A stretch of 62,231 nt of DNA, the filler included, from Vannella sp. (Eukaryota), in NCBI GenBank assembly GCA_023345925.1. It is 6 parts of 6 records of this genome, joined end to end, with 100 filler letters (N's around TTAATTAATTAA, not from the genome) between each part and the next. Parts side by side here need not be neighbours in the genome. Positions count along the whole stretch, not along the records: positions 14,540 to 29,289 come from JAJQQN010000606.1; 5 more parts are not named here. One strand, given 5' to 3'. A model generated the notes under the pieces. That model did not search any database, had not been told where the DNA came from, and saw only the letters and a list, made by a program, of their open reading frames with translations. Below, in pieces: positions 17,287-29,389 of this stretch. Both the position numbers and the translations under genes were made by a program. Position 1 is the stretch's first letter, and every line of letters begins with the position of its first letter.

Positions 17287-20200
17287 CTATTTTCTCTGGC
17301 CAACGGCGCTTCTCAGTTCGACAATAAACTCGCGGTAACTGGCACTGTCAGGGAACCGGTCCTGAATGAGCTTAGAGAAGAACATGCGCTCCTCTGGATC
17401 CTTTTCTTTCATCGGATAAAGCCACGTGTAGCCCGTTCTACCACTACGGAGACGGTCCATCACGTTATTCACCCTTTGAGAGTATTCATTCTCCAACCGC
17501 CCAAGCTGCAACTGCTGCAGAGTCAGCGACAACAACATCATTCTCCAGATTGAGGTAACTCACTTGAGAGTTGGTGGAATCCACTTGAGCAAGAGATTGA
17601 ATGCCAAAGAGAGCGAGCAATCCATTTGGATCCACCGCGCTTCCCACCCACATCTGGAAGGCAAGACCGTCGTCCAAAAGGAAGATTCCGCGCTGGTCCA
17701 GTTTCTCTGAAGTTAGGTCAAGGACAGGAGGCATCACAAACGGCTCTTCCTGGACTCCGGTCTACGCACACAGTCATCAGCTAAAAGTCACATTTGGACG
17801 AAGAACATACCTCTGGAGTGAAATTAGCCAAGTTGTAGAGGTTAGGATGAATCCACAGAGCTGCCTCCTCATCCGAGAGAGTCTCAAAACGGCGGATGTA
17901 AGCCATCCGAATATCCACTGGGATGTCAGCACGGAAGATAGGGTTCTTGAAGGTTGCCAGCATGTACAAAGGGAACCGAAGAAGAGTATTGGGCAACATA
18001 AGATTGCCTCCTCCCGACGGGGAGGGTCCAGAGAGGGCTCCATAGCGTGAAAGGATATTGCTGCATGAGCTCTTCACTGCATTAATCGCCTTGGGAAGCC
18101 CTTCATCAATGGCCTTTGCAGAAGCCAACTTGGCAATAGTAGCCATGCATGCACGCTCATCAACGAAGCGATAAAGTGCATCGACTTGATCAGTAATGGG
18201 GCAGCACTTGGTGATAATGCGAATGCGGCGCTCCCCATTGAAGGTCGTGTACAGCAAACCAGCTTGAACAGTGGCATAATAGCGCCCATCCCGCCCTTGA
18301 TTCTTGGGAGTCAAGAAGTTCTTGACATCGTTAATCTTCAGCTTAAGGGTGAAGCTCTTATCCGAATCAATGTTCGGGAGAGTCATCAGGTCCTGCGCCC
18401 TCAGGAAGAAGCTCCCAACATGCGAATCAATGGACAGTCCCTTACTGCAACGCACCCGCATCAACGCCTCAAAGCCTGTGTTACGAGTGAGAGTGCGATA
18501 AACATCATTCTGCAAGCGGGACACTTCGTTGGCCACATTCTGGGTGAGCTGATAATGATTCACTTCGCCACCAGTGAACTTGGACAAACAGCCAATTGTG
18601 GCCACATCAACGTACTTGGGTGCGAAGAAGAAGAGGTCGCAACCAATCTGGACCTTGGACAGCTCCAGCGCCAAGGTCTTGTAGTATTGGTCCCCTGGCT
18701 GCATCAATTGACGCCCTGTGGGGTCGTTATTAGCTGCCTGTCGGTCAAGAAGCTTTCCTGCACCAATGGAAGGCAAGGTGCTCTGGAAGACCACCAATTT
18801 GCCTCCTTCAGAGGCCATTATCTTGTAGGCACACTGCAAGGCGGGTCCCATGGCGGATTGAGTATCTTGAGTGTCCTTGAAGAGGTTGGGGAGGAGCTTA
18901 GTGAGCAGCATCTCCACCAGAGGCATGCTATCCCGCAGGTTCACCAACAAGTCATCAAGACTGGGAACAAAAGGAGCCTCAATCTCAGAGACCACGAGCA
19001 TCTGAGGCTTGGAGAGGCTCGAACGGAGGTTATAGAAGTGCATGGCAGAGTCATACGTTACAAAGCCGACCTTAGTACGCTCATTCGTCGAGAGCTTGTG
19101 CTTGATCGCTTGCAAGATCGAGTTGCACACTGCAAGGACCATTCCACTAGCCACAGCAGTGTATGATACATCAATGGCGAACACGTAGATCGGAGCCTGT
19201 GGCGGGCGATGCATGAACTCGGGGGAGGCGACAAACTCCACGACAGAATGGTTCAGCTCCACGCGCTGATTGTGGTCGTAACGGAAGCCCTCAGGGCCCA
19301 CGATAGAGAAGTACTCTCGTGGTACTATGCACCAGCCCAATGAGCCTGCTATCCGAGGTTCTGAGGAGGAAGGAGCGACACCTACCGTCATTGTAGAAGT
19401 AGCAGATGTTACACTTCCAGCGCTTGCCCCCGTCGATGAAGACCACGTAAGGGTTGATGTACGTGCGACAGCGCTTGCATCGGATGATGTGGCAGTCTCC
19501 AAAGTTGACTACAGGCACTTCCCCGCCTGTTTCCGCCATTGGGTGGAAGGTCACGCTGAATGGAAGGCCAGTCTTGTCCAGCATCTCTGGGTTAGCAGGC
19601 CACTCCTGAAGAGAGGCGGTGCAGAAGGCAGGGTGCGGCTCCCACTCTGGTTTGGGGACTGGCATGGCGATGGCGATGTTTGAGACGCCTTGGCCCACGG
19701 ATGGGGATGATACGGACTGAGGGAGGCTTCCTCCATACTCTGCTAACGTCTGCATCATACCACCCTCGTAAGTCACTCCTCTGTCGACTCTGGCGAGCGT
19801 GAGAAGGGAAAGAAGAGGAAACTCACAGGAGAACGAGCGCCCAGTGGCATGTTGGATGCAGGAGCAAGGACAGGTCTTCTTGCGCGAGGGTTACTCGAAG
19901 GAAGAAGTGCAGGCGACGTGTCTGCAGCGGGAGGGCCTGGAGGAGGAGCACTTGCTTCGCCAGCCACCGGAGGAGGCGCATGGCGAGGTCCAGTGTTGAT
20001 AGGGAAAGCATCCACAGTGGCAGGTATCTGGTAAGGTCCCGGAGAAGCAACAGGAGGTCTGATCAAGCTCATATCTGCTGTGGGAAGAGGTGCCAAGGAT
20101 GGCGCAATCGAACGAGAGGGTGGAGACGTATAAGTTGCCGGTGCGGTTGCAAAGGGCAAAGCAGTAGAGGTCTGAGGTACCTGAGGTGCCGGAGCAGGTG

Positions 20201-20375
20201 CTCCAAATGCCTGGGGATTGTAAAACTGCGGCACAACACTCGCTGGAGCTTGTTGCCCAACGACTGGCGCCCCAGGCACGTAATAGCCACCCGGTTGAGA
20301 AGGAACAGTCGCAGCGGGGAGACTCTGAACATTAGGAGCAGCAAAGGCCTCCTTTGGATACGCGCGGCGTGCCAT
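17287..20375 (-). CDS. SEC24: COPII coat subunit Sec24, multi-exon
   Basis: Pro-rich N-terminus (MARRAYP), zinc finger RCKRCRTYINPY..WKCNIC, trunk YVFAIDVS..GFEALMRVRCSKG, GERRIRI, gelsolin-like GIFLLDDG, C-terminal SYREFI. Confidence 0.93.
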
Positions 20376-20622
20376 GCAGCGCCTTCCCAACCAGCAACTG
20401 ACACGTGTCCACCTTCCTCTTCATCACCAACATGAATCAATCTTGTCACAACGCATTCAATTAATTCTTCAATCTGCTGCAATAGGAAGGAAACTTTGAA
20501 TTCTCTGATGATGGGTGGCGACCGGTTTGGAGAGAAGTTTAATAGTACACATCTGCACCGGAATGATTGAAACAGATGCTTTTGCATAAAGAAACGTAAC
20601 AGCAAGCCGCTGGGAAAGCTAA

Positions 20623-21332
20623 TTACAACAGGCTGCAAGTCTTCTTCTTGCGGGGCTGCACTTCGGCACTATCATCACCAGAGAAGGAGATGACTGCTTT
20701 GACAGCAGCTTCGAACACCTGGGTGAGGCCCTCTTGAGTGAGAGCTGAGCATTCGAGGTACTTCTCGGCTCCAATTTCCTTGGCCAACGAGTCAGCGTCG
20801 CTCTTGGTGGGGAGGGGTGTTCCCTTCAGACCCTCAAGGGTATCCTTGTCCTCTCGAAGATCCATTTTGGTGCCAACCAAGATAGTCTTGGCTTCAGCGC
20901 AGTGGTGGTTGATTTCGGGGTACCACTTGGACTTGATGTTGTCGAAGGAGGGTGGAGACACCACAGAGAAACACAACAAAAATACGTCAGTCTCTGGGTA
21001 ACTGAGGGCTCTCAGTCTAGCGTACTCCTCCTGACCGGCAGTGTCCTAGAAATGGCGTGTGGGTGAGAGAGCCATCGGCCGGCGTTGAGAGTATCGGTAC
21101 TTACCCACAGGGCAAAGTTAATAGGCTTTTTGTCAATCTCAACGCTTGTAGTGAAGTTGTCGAAGACGGTGGGAACGTAGTCCACAGGGAAGCGGTTTTC
21201 CGTGTAAGAAATCAACAAGCTGTTGGGCGTTCAGTCACCACCATGACACCCAAAACACTCCAATGCTCACCTCGTTTTACCGACAGCACCATCACCCACA
21301 ACCACACACTTGACGTTCTGCATAGCCGCCAT
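20623..21332 (-). CDS. Canonical Rac-family GTPase (2 introns: 21220-21270, 21046-21104)
   Basis: Spliced product [59 protein letters not shown]; CaaX CSLL. Confidence 0.93.
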
Positions 21333-21553
21333 GACCACCCGCTGTGAGAGAACTAAAAAGCGATGACCTGAAAGGCCCTTTCAAATTGTCCAATACAATT
21401 CGGATTAGGCGAAAAATCTGTTTTCTGCTTAATTGCTTTAAGCAATAAATATTCAATTCCTTCGGCAAATGGAGGGATGGATGCGAGGACCCGCGCAGCT
21501 GTATTAGATTACAAATGATCGAGGTGTGCAGTTGGAGGGAGGAGGGGAGGTTA

Positions 21554-22462
21554 TCAACTCGATCCTGCCGCTCTGGACCAAACCTCGATCAGGTCGGCCA
21601 TGGGAGACTGCTCTCGCTTGTCCACCAGGTCAAACTCCTGAATAAAGAGAACAAAGTCTGTATCTCTGAGTGAGTGGCGGTTCACTAAGGAGTGGGCCGC
21701 AGTACGTACGAAGGAAAGAGGTGTTCAAGTGAGCTTCCTCTTCAAGAGCCAGAACCTCCTCGAAATGAAGGTGATAGATGTGAGCATAGACACGGAAGAG
21801 TCTCTTGAAGATCTGTTTCACTGCCTGAGAGAAGTTCTGTGGGAAGACAGCGCCCATTTGAGAGGGAAAAGCCGTCTCGTCCGCGAGGGAGGTTTCGATC
21901 CATTCCATGAGGTGTTTAACGTATTCTGGAGCAGAGAGGCGGGTAGCCTTCTTGTATTTCTGTCCATCTGCCCACAGGTACTCATAGCTGGACGACCCAG
22001 TGGGTCAGAACCAACCGAACCATACGAACGGCTCGTTCACCTACTTGGCACCAGCGTTCATGACAGGACAGCTTTGACCCGAGCAATATTCAGTTACGGT
22101 GGTGTACAACATATTGGTTTGGGTGTAGAAGTCTGCAGCTACGAGTTACCAAGGACCCAGAGGTGAGAACGATGCTGAGAGGCACAAGGACACACGTACT
22201 GTTGACAGAGAGCCACTCATTGATATCTTCACCTTCAGGAAGTGCTACAATGTGCTTCATAGGTCCCTCCAACTCAAGGAGTTTGTCTGCATAAGCCAAA
22301 TAGGTTGGTGGCGCCTTTGCCTTCGGACTGGCGGTCTTTGTCGTGTCCAAAATCGATTTTCGCGTTCTCCTTGCAGCCGCTGGTGATTGTCTACCATACA
22401 GAACCACCATAAGCATCACCACTCCCACAAACAAGCTTCCCAAGCACTCACCGTGTCGCCAT
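21554..22462 (-). CDS. MOB1: MOB kinase activator (Mob1 family), multi-exon
   Basis: LPEGEDINEWLSVN, CPVMNAG, YEYLWADG, SAPEYVKHLMEWI, IFKRLFRVYAHIYHLHF, AHLNTSF. Confidence 0.88.
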
Positions 22463-22550
22463 GACGGGGAGGACACCAAATGACGCCAAGAGCCCTGTTT
22501 TAGGTTCAAAACGCATTATTTTGGATTCATTCTTTAGTGGGCTTGTTGTC

Positions 22551-25359
22551 ATGCCCAACGAGACCACCTCCAAGGAACCTGTGGTGGAGAAGAAGCGATT
22601 TACCCGGAAGGGCCTGAAGAAGTCGCGAGAGGCGATGCATGATGAGCTATTGGGTACAGTGAATCGTCAAACGCCGGTGGAGCGGAACATACGAGTGAGC
22701 GACCTGCTTTCCCCTCGTTATCGTCCGGCAACGGCGACAGTTAGCCAAGGGAGTCTCCCACAGGTGAATCAAGCCAGCTTTCTGGAGGAACATCGAAAGT
22801 GCGTCGCCTTTCCACCGGCGAATCAGCCAGAGAAGGTAACAGCAACGCCTTTTCCGTTTCTTCTGCTCACCCAAGTCGATTGTTAGCCACTTGAGTGCTT
22901 CCATACTGTGATGAATGGCGCCTTGACAGCAATAGGAGTCAACCTGGCCCAACGCGCGCTCATGTTCAGCTACCTGGACTCTATAATGACTCCGACTCAG
23001 AGAGCTGGACTCGTTGTGGACTCCCACTTGAGCATGACAGCGACAGGGGTCCTAGTAAGTGACCCACATCCGACATAACGCCACTTACATTGCCTTAGAA
23101 CACTCTAGGAGTGGAAGTGAAGCGGATGGTGGACCTCCAATCCGATGTCCACAAGGTTCTTCGCCTCCAGGCGTGGGTTCGCCATTTGCTCATCCGTAGA
23201 GCATTCCTCCGGGGTAGGAGATGCCTCCTAGTCACTAGTCAGATCTCTGACTTGGGTGGGAAGAGCGTCATCGTCTTGAGGAGGTGGAGAAACGAAACCA
23301 GGCCTTCGATGAGCTCGTGGCACTTGAACAGGGATACGTAATGAGACTGGAAACTGCCATCAAAGTAAGTCTATCATATGTGGCACACACCAAGTGAGTA
23401 ACCTTCGAGCAGGAGTACCTCCAACCCCTTCGAAGGAGTCCTATCAAGGGGATTGAGGTGGGAAGCATCGCAGAGATATTCTCAAACATCGAAGACATCT
23501 TCTCCGTACACACTGAGCTATGCGAGGAGCTAGAAGAGACTCCAGGAGACCCGTACAATCCCTTCTTCACTGGAATCGCTAACTCCTTTCTCAACCACGT
23601 AGGCCCCTCCAAACTCCTTATCTAGACTCACACGTATCCAGTCCGACCAAATCTTGCCTCAATATGAAAGCTACGTGGAGAACTACCACGTGGGACTTAA
23701 CACATTCGACAAGCTGTTGCAGGAAGTTCCCAAGTTTGCTGCCTTTCTTGATGATGTGAGATTCAGGCCCATCCAGACCTCATGTTTACTTGATGTAACT
23801 GTTTCCCTTTGATAGAGGAGGAAGCAAGTACCGGAGATGCTCAGTTGCCGAGATGCACTCTCACTGCCACTTCAACATATCTCCAAGTGGGTGTTGATTT
23901 TGGACAAAATCATGGGCTTTTCTCGGTTGGAAAGTGACCCAGAGGACTACGAGAGGCTCATAAGCTCGACAACTATCATTAGTAAGGTATCTGACATCAT
24001 TGAGAGCAAGTTAAATGCTTCTGTGAGCAACGCAAAGATGCTTTCCATCCAAAGAAGGATTGAATCTGACGTGAGTCTATTTTCCCTCATCAGCTGGGAA
24101 GCTTACCATTGGGATTCAACAGAGTCCGCTGAATTTAATTGGAGATTCCAAACGCGTTCTTGTCAAGGAAGGAGCTGTGGGAAAGGTGGATGAAAAGAAG
24201 AACCCTTACTTGTTCCTCTTTAATGATGTTCTTATTGTGGCTGACCAACACTCCACTGGACTTCGCTTCAATAAGAGACTCGAGATTGGACAGGATACCC
24301 GCTTGAGGGATCCAGCCAAAGGTACGTTCAGGACCTGATGTCACTCGAACTTACTCTGGCAATGAAGAAAAAGCGTCCAAATTCATTTTCTTTGTCAGTA
24401 CGGGCGAAACAGAGCTCCAAATCACTTTGAAAAGCCGACCAGAGAAAGGAGCATGGATGGCTGACCTCATCAATCTAATTGACGGCTATCAGAAGCAACG
24501 TGTTTTTGGCGTGCCTTTGGAATCGCTCCTGGAGACTGAAGGCCGCGAGATCCCATTGATTTGTGAAAAGTCTATCGAAGATCTTCGCCGTCGCGGGCTG
24601 GATATTGAAGGAATCTTTCGGATTCCAGGAGACACCAAAAATGTCAAAGAGCTTAAGCAGGCCTATGACTCTGAACGCGGCCCTGATTTGAATATTGAGG
24701 CTTATTCTCCTCACGATGTTGGAGGTCTCTTCAAGCTCTTCTTCCGGGAGCTCCCAAACCCCCTTTTCTTATTCGCTTCCTTCCCTCATCTATTGGCATT
24801 CTACGGGGAGTTAGAAGCTAATGGAGGTGACAACAGCGAGTATCTGAGTACTTTCCTGGACAAACTGGCCAAACTCATTGCCTCTCTGCCAGAGTCCAAT
24901 CAGAAGCTTTTGCGCTATCTTTTCAACTTCTTTACCGAGATTGTGGCTCAAAGTGCTGTCAATATGATGAACTCACGAAACGTTGCCGTCGTTTTTGCAC
25001 CAAATCTAATTCGGCCTCTTGTGGACACTATGGAGACTGCCCTCCTGAGTCCTCAAGTCAACAAAGTGCTGAGTATTCTGATTGACCATAACGATCCTCA
25101 GTTCTGGGAACTTGTGGACCGCCATATCAAAGAGGGAAGTCGGTTTGACTTGAACGAGGTTGCTTCCTTGCCCAAAATCAAGCTGATACAAACAGAATCG
25201 CCAGCCCCTAAGATTCGCCACAAAAGAGGTCGGATTGGTAGTGTCATGCCGATGAAGCGCGGAAAGCTAAGTTCTTCTTCTGATCTGAAAGGTCAAGTGG
25301 AAGAGCCCATTCGAGGCCACGAACGGAACAAATCCATTTCAGGCTCAAAGGCGACTTGA
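22551..25359 (+). CDS. IQ-RhoGEF(DH)-PH-RhoGAP protein, multi-exon
   Basis: IQ LQAWVRHLLIRR; DH ELVALEQGYV, IFSNIEDI, LSLPLQHISKW; PH YLFLFNDVLIV; GAP VFGVPL, EGIFRIPG, LFKLFFRELPNPL, NMMNSRNVAVVFAPNL. Confidence 0.88.
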
Positions 25360-25570
25360 AGTATCTTCTCTCTGACTAAACAGAAAGTTGGACCCAACAT
25401 TGAACTGATCTACTCCCATTGTCTCAAAGGCCCGAGAGGAATAGCAGTAATGCTCCAATGGTGGAGCTGCGTTGAACGCTGATTTGCGTTTATGAGGGAA
25501 TGGGAAGATGGCGAAACGGAATCACTGATAAGATGTTGTCGGGAGGATTGCATTGAAGCCAATGGAAGGA

Positions 25571-28500
25571 TCATTCAATCTCTATGACATCAGAAGGGTT
25601 AAGTTTCGGTATCTGAGAAGGGCTGACCGAAAGACCTGGCCAATGGTTAGTCCTCTTCCCCAACAAGTGGTTGGGGATTCTGGGTTCTGGAGCCTGAGAA
25701 ACAGCGAAACGCAAAAGCTTGCCCATTGGATTAGCTTCCATCTTCTCAGAAAGGGCTGCTGAGGCCCTTTTCAGCGTTTCTGTGACCTCAATACAGTGGA
25801 GTCCTCGATGTTTGATGAGGATTTCGATGGACCGGTTGTAAAGAGAACACGATCCGTCCAGGTCCTCCAAACCACAACGCACTTCTGCCATTGTGCACAA
25901 AGTGTGGAACAGTTCTAAACTGTCATCCCCAAACAGACTGGTTACTACTTGGCACGTCTTTTCAAACGCTTTCAGAGACTCTGGCAAATCTCCCGTTTGG
26001 TGGAGAATGTTTGCGATGGCCCAAAGACTTCTTGCCACCTTCTCACTCTCCGAGCCATAAAGCTCGCTCTCCAGTGGAAGGACTTTCTGGAAGTGGTTCA
26101 GTGCCACTTCAAGACTTCCTTGTTCCAGATTCAGATCTGCTAAATCATGGAGGACCATGACTGCCTCCTTGCTGGACTCACCAAACAGGTTTGAATAGTT
26201 GGTATGAACCTCAGAGAGAAGGATTATGGCAGTATCCAGAGAGCCTTTCTCGTAGAGAACATCGGCCATTCTCAGAAGGGTGCCGGAAACCTCTTCGCTC
26301 TCTCCTCCAAGATCTCGGCTTTGAATCGTGATGGCTGCTTGGTAGTAGTCAAAGGCGGCGTCCAAAGATCCCATGTCACGATGCACCAAAGCCAGTCTTA
26401 GCATAGCGGCAGCTGCGACGATGCTTTTGGCTCCAAACGATTCAGATTCGACCTGCAGGGCCTTTTGAAAGTAAGCCAGGGCCAAGGTTAAGGAGCGGCC
26501 ACTCCTAAGAGCACGGATGGTCCCTAAACGAGCGATTGCAACTTCTTGGCTGTCGGGACCAAAATGGTCCTTTGCAAGGGTCGCCACTCTTTCATAATGA
26601 TCCAGATTGCACTGTTTGATGGCTCTCTGTAGCTGTGCCACCCCATAAAGAGGGGCGATAACCTCTTTGCTGTCCGGACCAAATAGTTTGGTCAGGATGG
26701 CCAACGCTCTCTCGTAGTTCGCCAAGGCGGGACCAAACTTATGGCACTCATGATACATCAATGCGATGCGATAGTAAACGTCCGCTACCTCCTTACTGTG
26801 CTCTCCCTTCTGCTTCTCCGTGAAGAGTTGGGTTCGCAGGAAATGAATGGTGGGATCCCAAATCTCAGTGTCTCCGCTCGCGGGACTCTTCGTTCCTTGT
26901 TGGTAATGCAGGAAGCTGGAATGGAATGCTCCTTCTTCTGAGAGAAGGCGCGAGGCCCCAAAGAAGGAGGCTTGTTGGTAATGATTCAGGGTCTGGTTCA
27001 GGGCTTTTTGGTCCGCTAGAACAAGGCAGATTCCTTTCTGGGCATCGACCAGACTACCTCCCATGAAGTGCTCAGCGTGAACCTCTTCCATTGCGAAGGC
27101 CTTTTGGAACAGGCCAAGGGACACATCTAATGACCCTTGGATGCGGCGAATCTCCCCCATTCTTTGGAGAGTGAGCGCAGAATAAATGTTCGACTCTCCA
27201 TAGCGAAGAGACTCGACAACAAGCGCTTGTTGGAGCGATTCAAACGCGGAATCGAGCTCATTTCTGTCTTGATGAAAGGTTGCAATATCATGAAGAGTTG
27301 CTAACGCTGGTTCGCTGTCTTCACCAAACACCTTAGTCTGGATAGCAAGAGCTTTTTGCAAGTGAGACAAGGCGGAGGCTGACATCAATTCATTTTGGGC
27401 GAAACCAAACCCGATGGCCTTCAAGACAAGGGCCACCTCTCCACTATCCTCATTAAAAATCCGTTTGAAGAGAGGAAGAGTCTCATTACTGTTGGAAACA
27501 AAGAACGAGTTCGCATAGAGCAAGTTCTTCTGGCTCGACATCCACAAGTTAGTGCTCATCTGCACGAAAAGGAGTCCGGCATATTCTTCGCTGCCTGCTC
27601 CGAATAGTCGGAAAAGCGATTGAATCAGCAGGCCCTGATTCAAAGTTGCTTGTAAGAGATCCCAGTGGAAACAAGTGGCCAAACCCAAGATGGGTTCCAA
27701 AACAGCATGACTGTCTTTGCCAAAGTGTTTGGTTTGGATTTTGAGTGCCCTCTGGAAGTAAGGTACAGGAGACTCCTCTTGTGTGGTATGATGAAGAAGC
27801 ATCGCCAATCTGTAAAGATGGCCGGCCTCTTCAACGCTCTCCGGACCGAACAGTACTCCATCAGTCTCTATTGCGGTTTTGTAATACTCCCTTTCACAAA
27901 GAAAAGTTTCAGCTGAAGTAAACGGCCGTGGCGGAATCATAGCGAAGGCAAGAGTCTTCAAGTCGCGTTTGGGTCCGAACCATTTCTCTTCCAACGCACT
28001 GGCTCGCCGGTAAGAAACCAAAGATAGATCCGTTTCCCCCATTTGGTGATATACAAGAGCAATGCAATGGCAGATCTTCGCCACTTCCAAGTGCTCAGCA
28101 CCCAAACAGACTTCAAACTTAATCAGTGACTCTTCGAATCGTCCCAAAGAGCGTTTGAGGAACTGCAGCTGACGGAAAACCTTGCCGATCTGATAGAGAG
28201 TTTCTGCAGTCTGCCGGTGGTCCTCCTCCTGTTCAAAGAAGCAAAGCGCCTCTTCAAAGTGCTCAAGGGCCAGTTGGAAAGACCATTTTGCGAGGTGAAT
28301 CGCAGCGATGCTGTTGTGAGCGTGGGCCTTTGGTTTCGAGTTTTTCGGCAACAGCCCGACACCTTGAGTTAGGAAGGCCAGTGCCCGCAAGGCATTCTTG
28401 TCTGAATCGTACTTTGCTCTCAGACACAAGACTTCCCCGACCTCTGCACTCTTCGCACCATACAGGTGCGTACGAACAACTTGTGACTGTCGAAGATAAG

Positions 28501-29176
28501 ATCCTTGCTTTGCTAACGCATCGGCTCCTCTCTGGAGTGCTTGAGGGAGAAAAGGATCATTTGTGTCTTTGCACAGGCCAGAGAGGAGAACTACAGGAGC
28601 CAGAGAGAGCGCTTCGAAAGACGGACTTTCTGCATCATTGCACAAGAACGCGAAGAGCGTTCCGAGTGCGGTGCAAGTGGTTGGGTGGGAAAGGTCGCAA
28701 GATGAAAGGACTTGATAACGAGCGGCGATGTCTGCTGGGAGGGTCTGAGCGGCATCAGGATGTCTCGTAGTAGGGTTCCCATGCTGCAAGATGACCGTAT
28801 TGAGGTGGCTCCAAGAGTCGCAAAGCTGCCTGTGGCAGCTTTGGGAGCAGAACGGTCCAATGCAACAAAGAGGGCAAGAAGAGGAGTCACTTTCCGGGCT
28901 TCCTATTACTCCAAACGAGCACAACTTGATAAAGCACTCATCAGACTCAAAGGTAGACCCCATCAAGGTGCGGACCGAAGAAAAGTGATTTCCAGGAATT
29001 CTTTTCGAACTTTGTGTCCATTTACCACTCTCATGAAGAGTACCAATCCAAGTGAGTCTCAGGAGCAACGAAGATGATCTCCTTCGAAAGACTGGGCTTA
29101 AAGAGGGCTTGCGAAGGTGGTAGTAGTGAATCAAGTCCAAAAAAGGTCTGATGTAATCAACACATCGTCGTCTCAT
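25571..29176 (-). CDS. Large TPR-repeat protein (kinesin-light-chain/NPHP3-type repeats), intronless
   Basis: Many ~42-aa repeats such as FGEDSEPALATLHDIA..FQKALAIQ. Cys cluster near the N-terminus. The start is uncertain because it is near the contig edge. Confidence 0.85.
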   Translation of the reverse strand: MRRRCVDYIRPFLDLIHYYHLRKPSLSPVFRRRSSSLLLRLTWIGTLHESGKWTQSSKRIPGNHFSSVRTLMGSTFESDECFIKLCSFGVIGSPESDSSSCPLCCIGPFCSQSCHRQLCDSWSHLNTVILQHGNPTTRHPDAAQTLPADIAARYQVLSSCDLSHPTTCTALGTLFAFLCNDAESPSFEALSLAPVVLLSGLCKDTNDPFLPQALQRGADALAKQGSYLRQSQVVRTHLYGAKSAEVGEVLCLRAKYDSDKNALRALAFLTQGVGLLPKNSKPKAHAHNSIAAIHLAKWSFQLALEHFEEALCFFEQEEDHRQTAETLYQIGKVFRQLQFLKRSLGRFEESLIKFEVCLGAEHLEVAKICHCIALVYHQMGETDLSLVSYRRASALEEKWFGPKRDLKTLAFAMIPPRPFTSAETFLCEREYYKTAIETDGVLFGPESVEEAGHLYRLAMLLHHTTQEESPVPYFQRALKIQTKHFGKDSHAVLEPILGLATCFHWDLLQATLNQGLLIQSLFRLFGAGSEEYAGLLFVQMSTNLWMSSQKNLLYANSFFVSNSNETLPLFKRIFNEDSGEVALVLKAIGFGFAQNELMSASALSHLQKALAIQTKVFGEDSEPALATLHDIATFHQDRNELDSAFESLQQALVVESLRYGESNIYSALTLQRMGEIRRIQGSLDVSLGLFQKAFAMEEVHAEHFMGGSLVDAQKGICLVLADQKALNQTLNHYQQASFFGASRLLSEEGAFHSSFLHYQQGTKSPASGDTEIWDPTIHFLRTQLFTEKQKGEHSKEVADVYYRIALMYHECHKFGPALANYERALAILTKLFGPDSKEVIAPLYGVAQLQRAIKQCNLDHYERVATLAKDHFGPDSQEVAIARLGTIRALRSGRSLTLALAYFQKALQVESESFGAKSIVAAAAMLRLALVHRDMGSLDAAFDYYQAAITIQSRDLGGESEEVSGTLLRMADVLYEKGSLDTAIILLSEVHTNYSNLFGESSKEAVMVLHDLADLNLEQGSLEVALNHFQKVLPLESELYGSESEKVARSLWAIANILHQTGDLPESLKAFEKTCQVVTSLFGDDSLELFHTLCTMAEVRCGLEDLDGSCSLYNRSIEILIKHRGLHCIEVTETLKRASAALSEKMEANPMGKLLRFAVSQAPEPRIPNHLLGKRTNHWPGLSVSPSQIPKLNPSDVIEIE

Positions 29177-29289
29177 GGAACTCACAGTTTTGGGTCTTCT
29201 GAAGGACTTTCTCTTTCTGCGGCAGATCCTCCGATCTCGGCATCACCTCAAAAGGGTATGAAGCTTTCTTTGCAGATCACCATCCATAC

Positions 29290-29389
29290 NNNNNNNNNNN
29301 NNNNNNNNNNNNNNNNNNNNNNNNNNNNNNNNNTTAATTAATTAANNNNNNNNNNNNNNNNNNNNNNNNNNNNNNNNNNNNNNNNNNNN
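29290..29389. other. Artificial contig linker
   Basis: N44-TTAATTAATTAA-N44. Confidence 0.98.
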
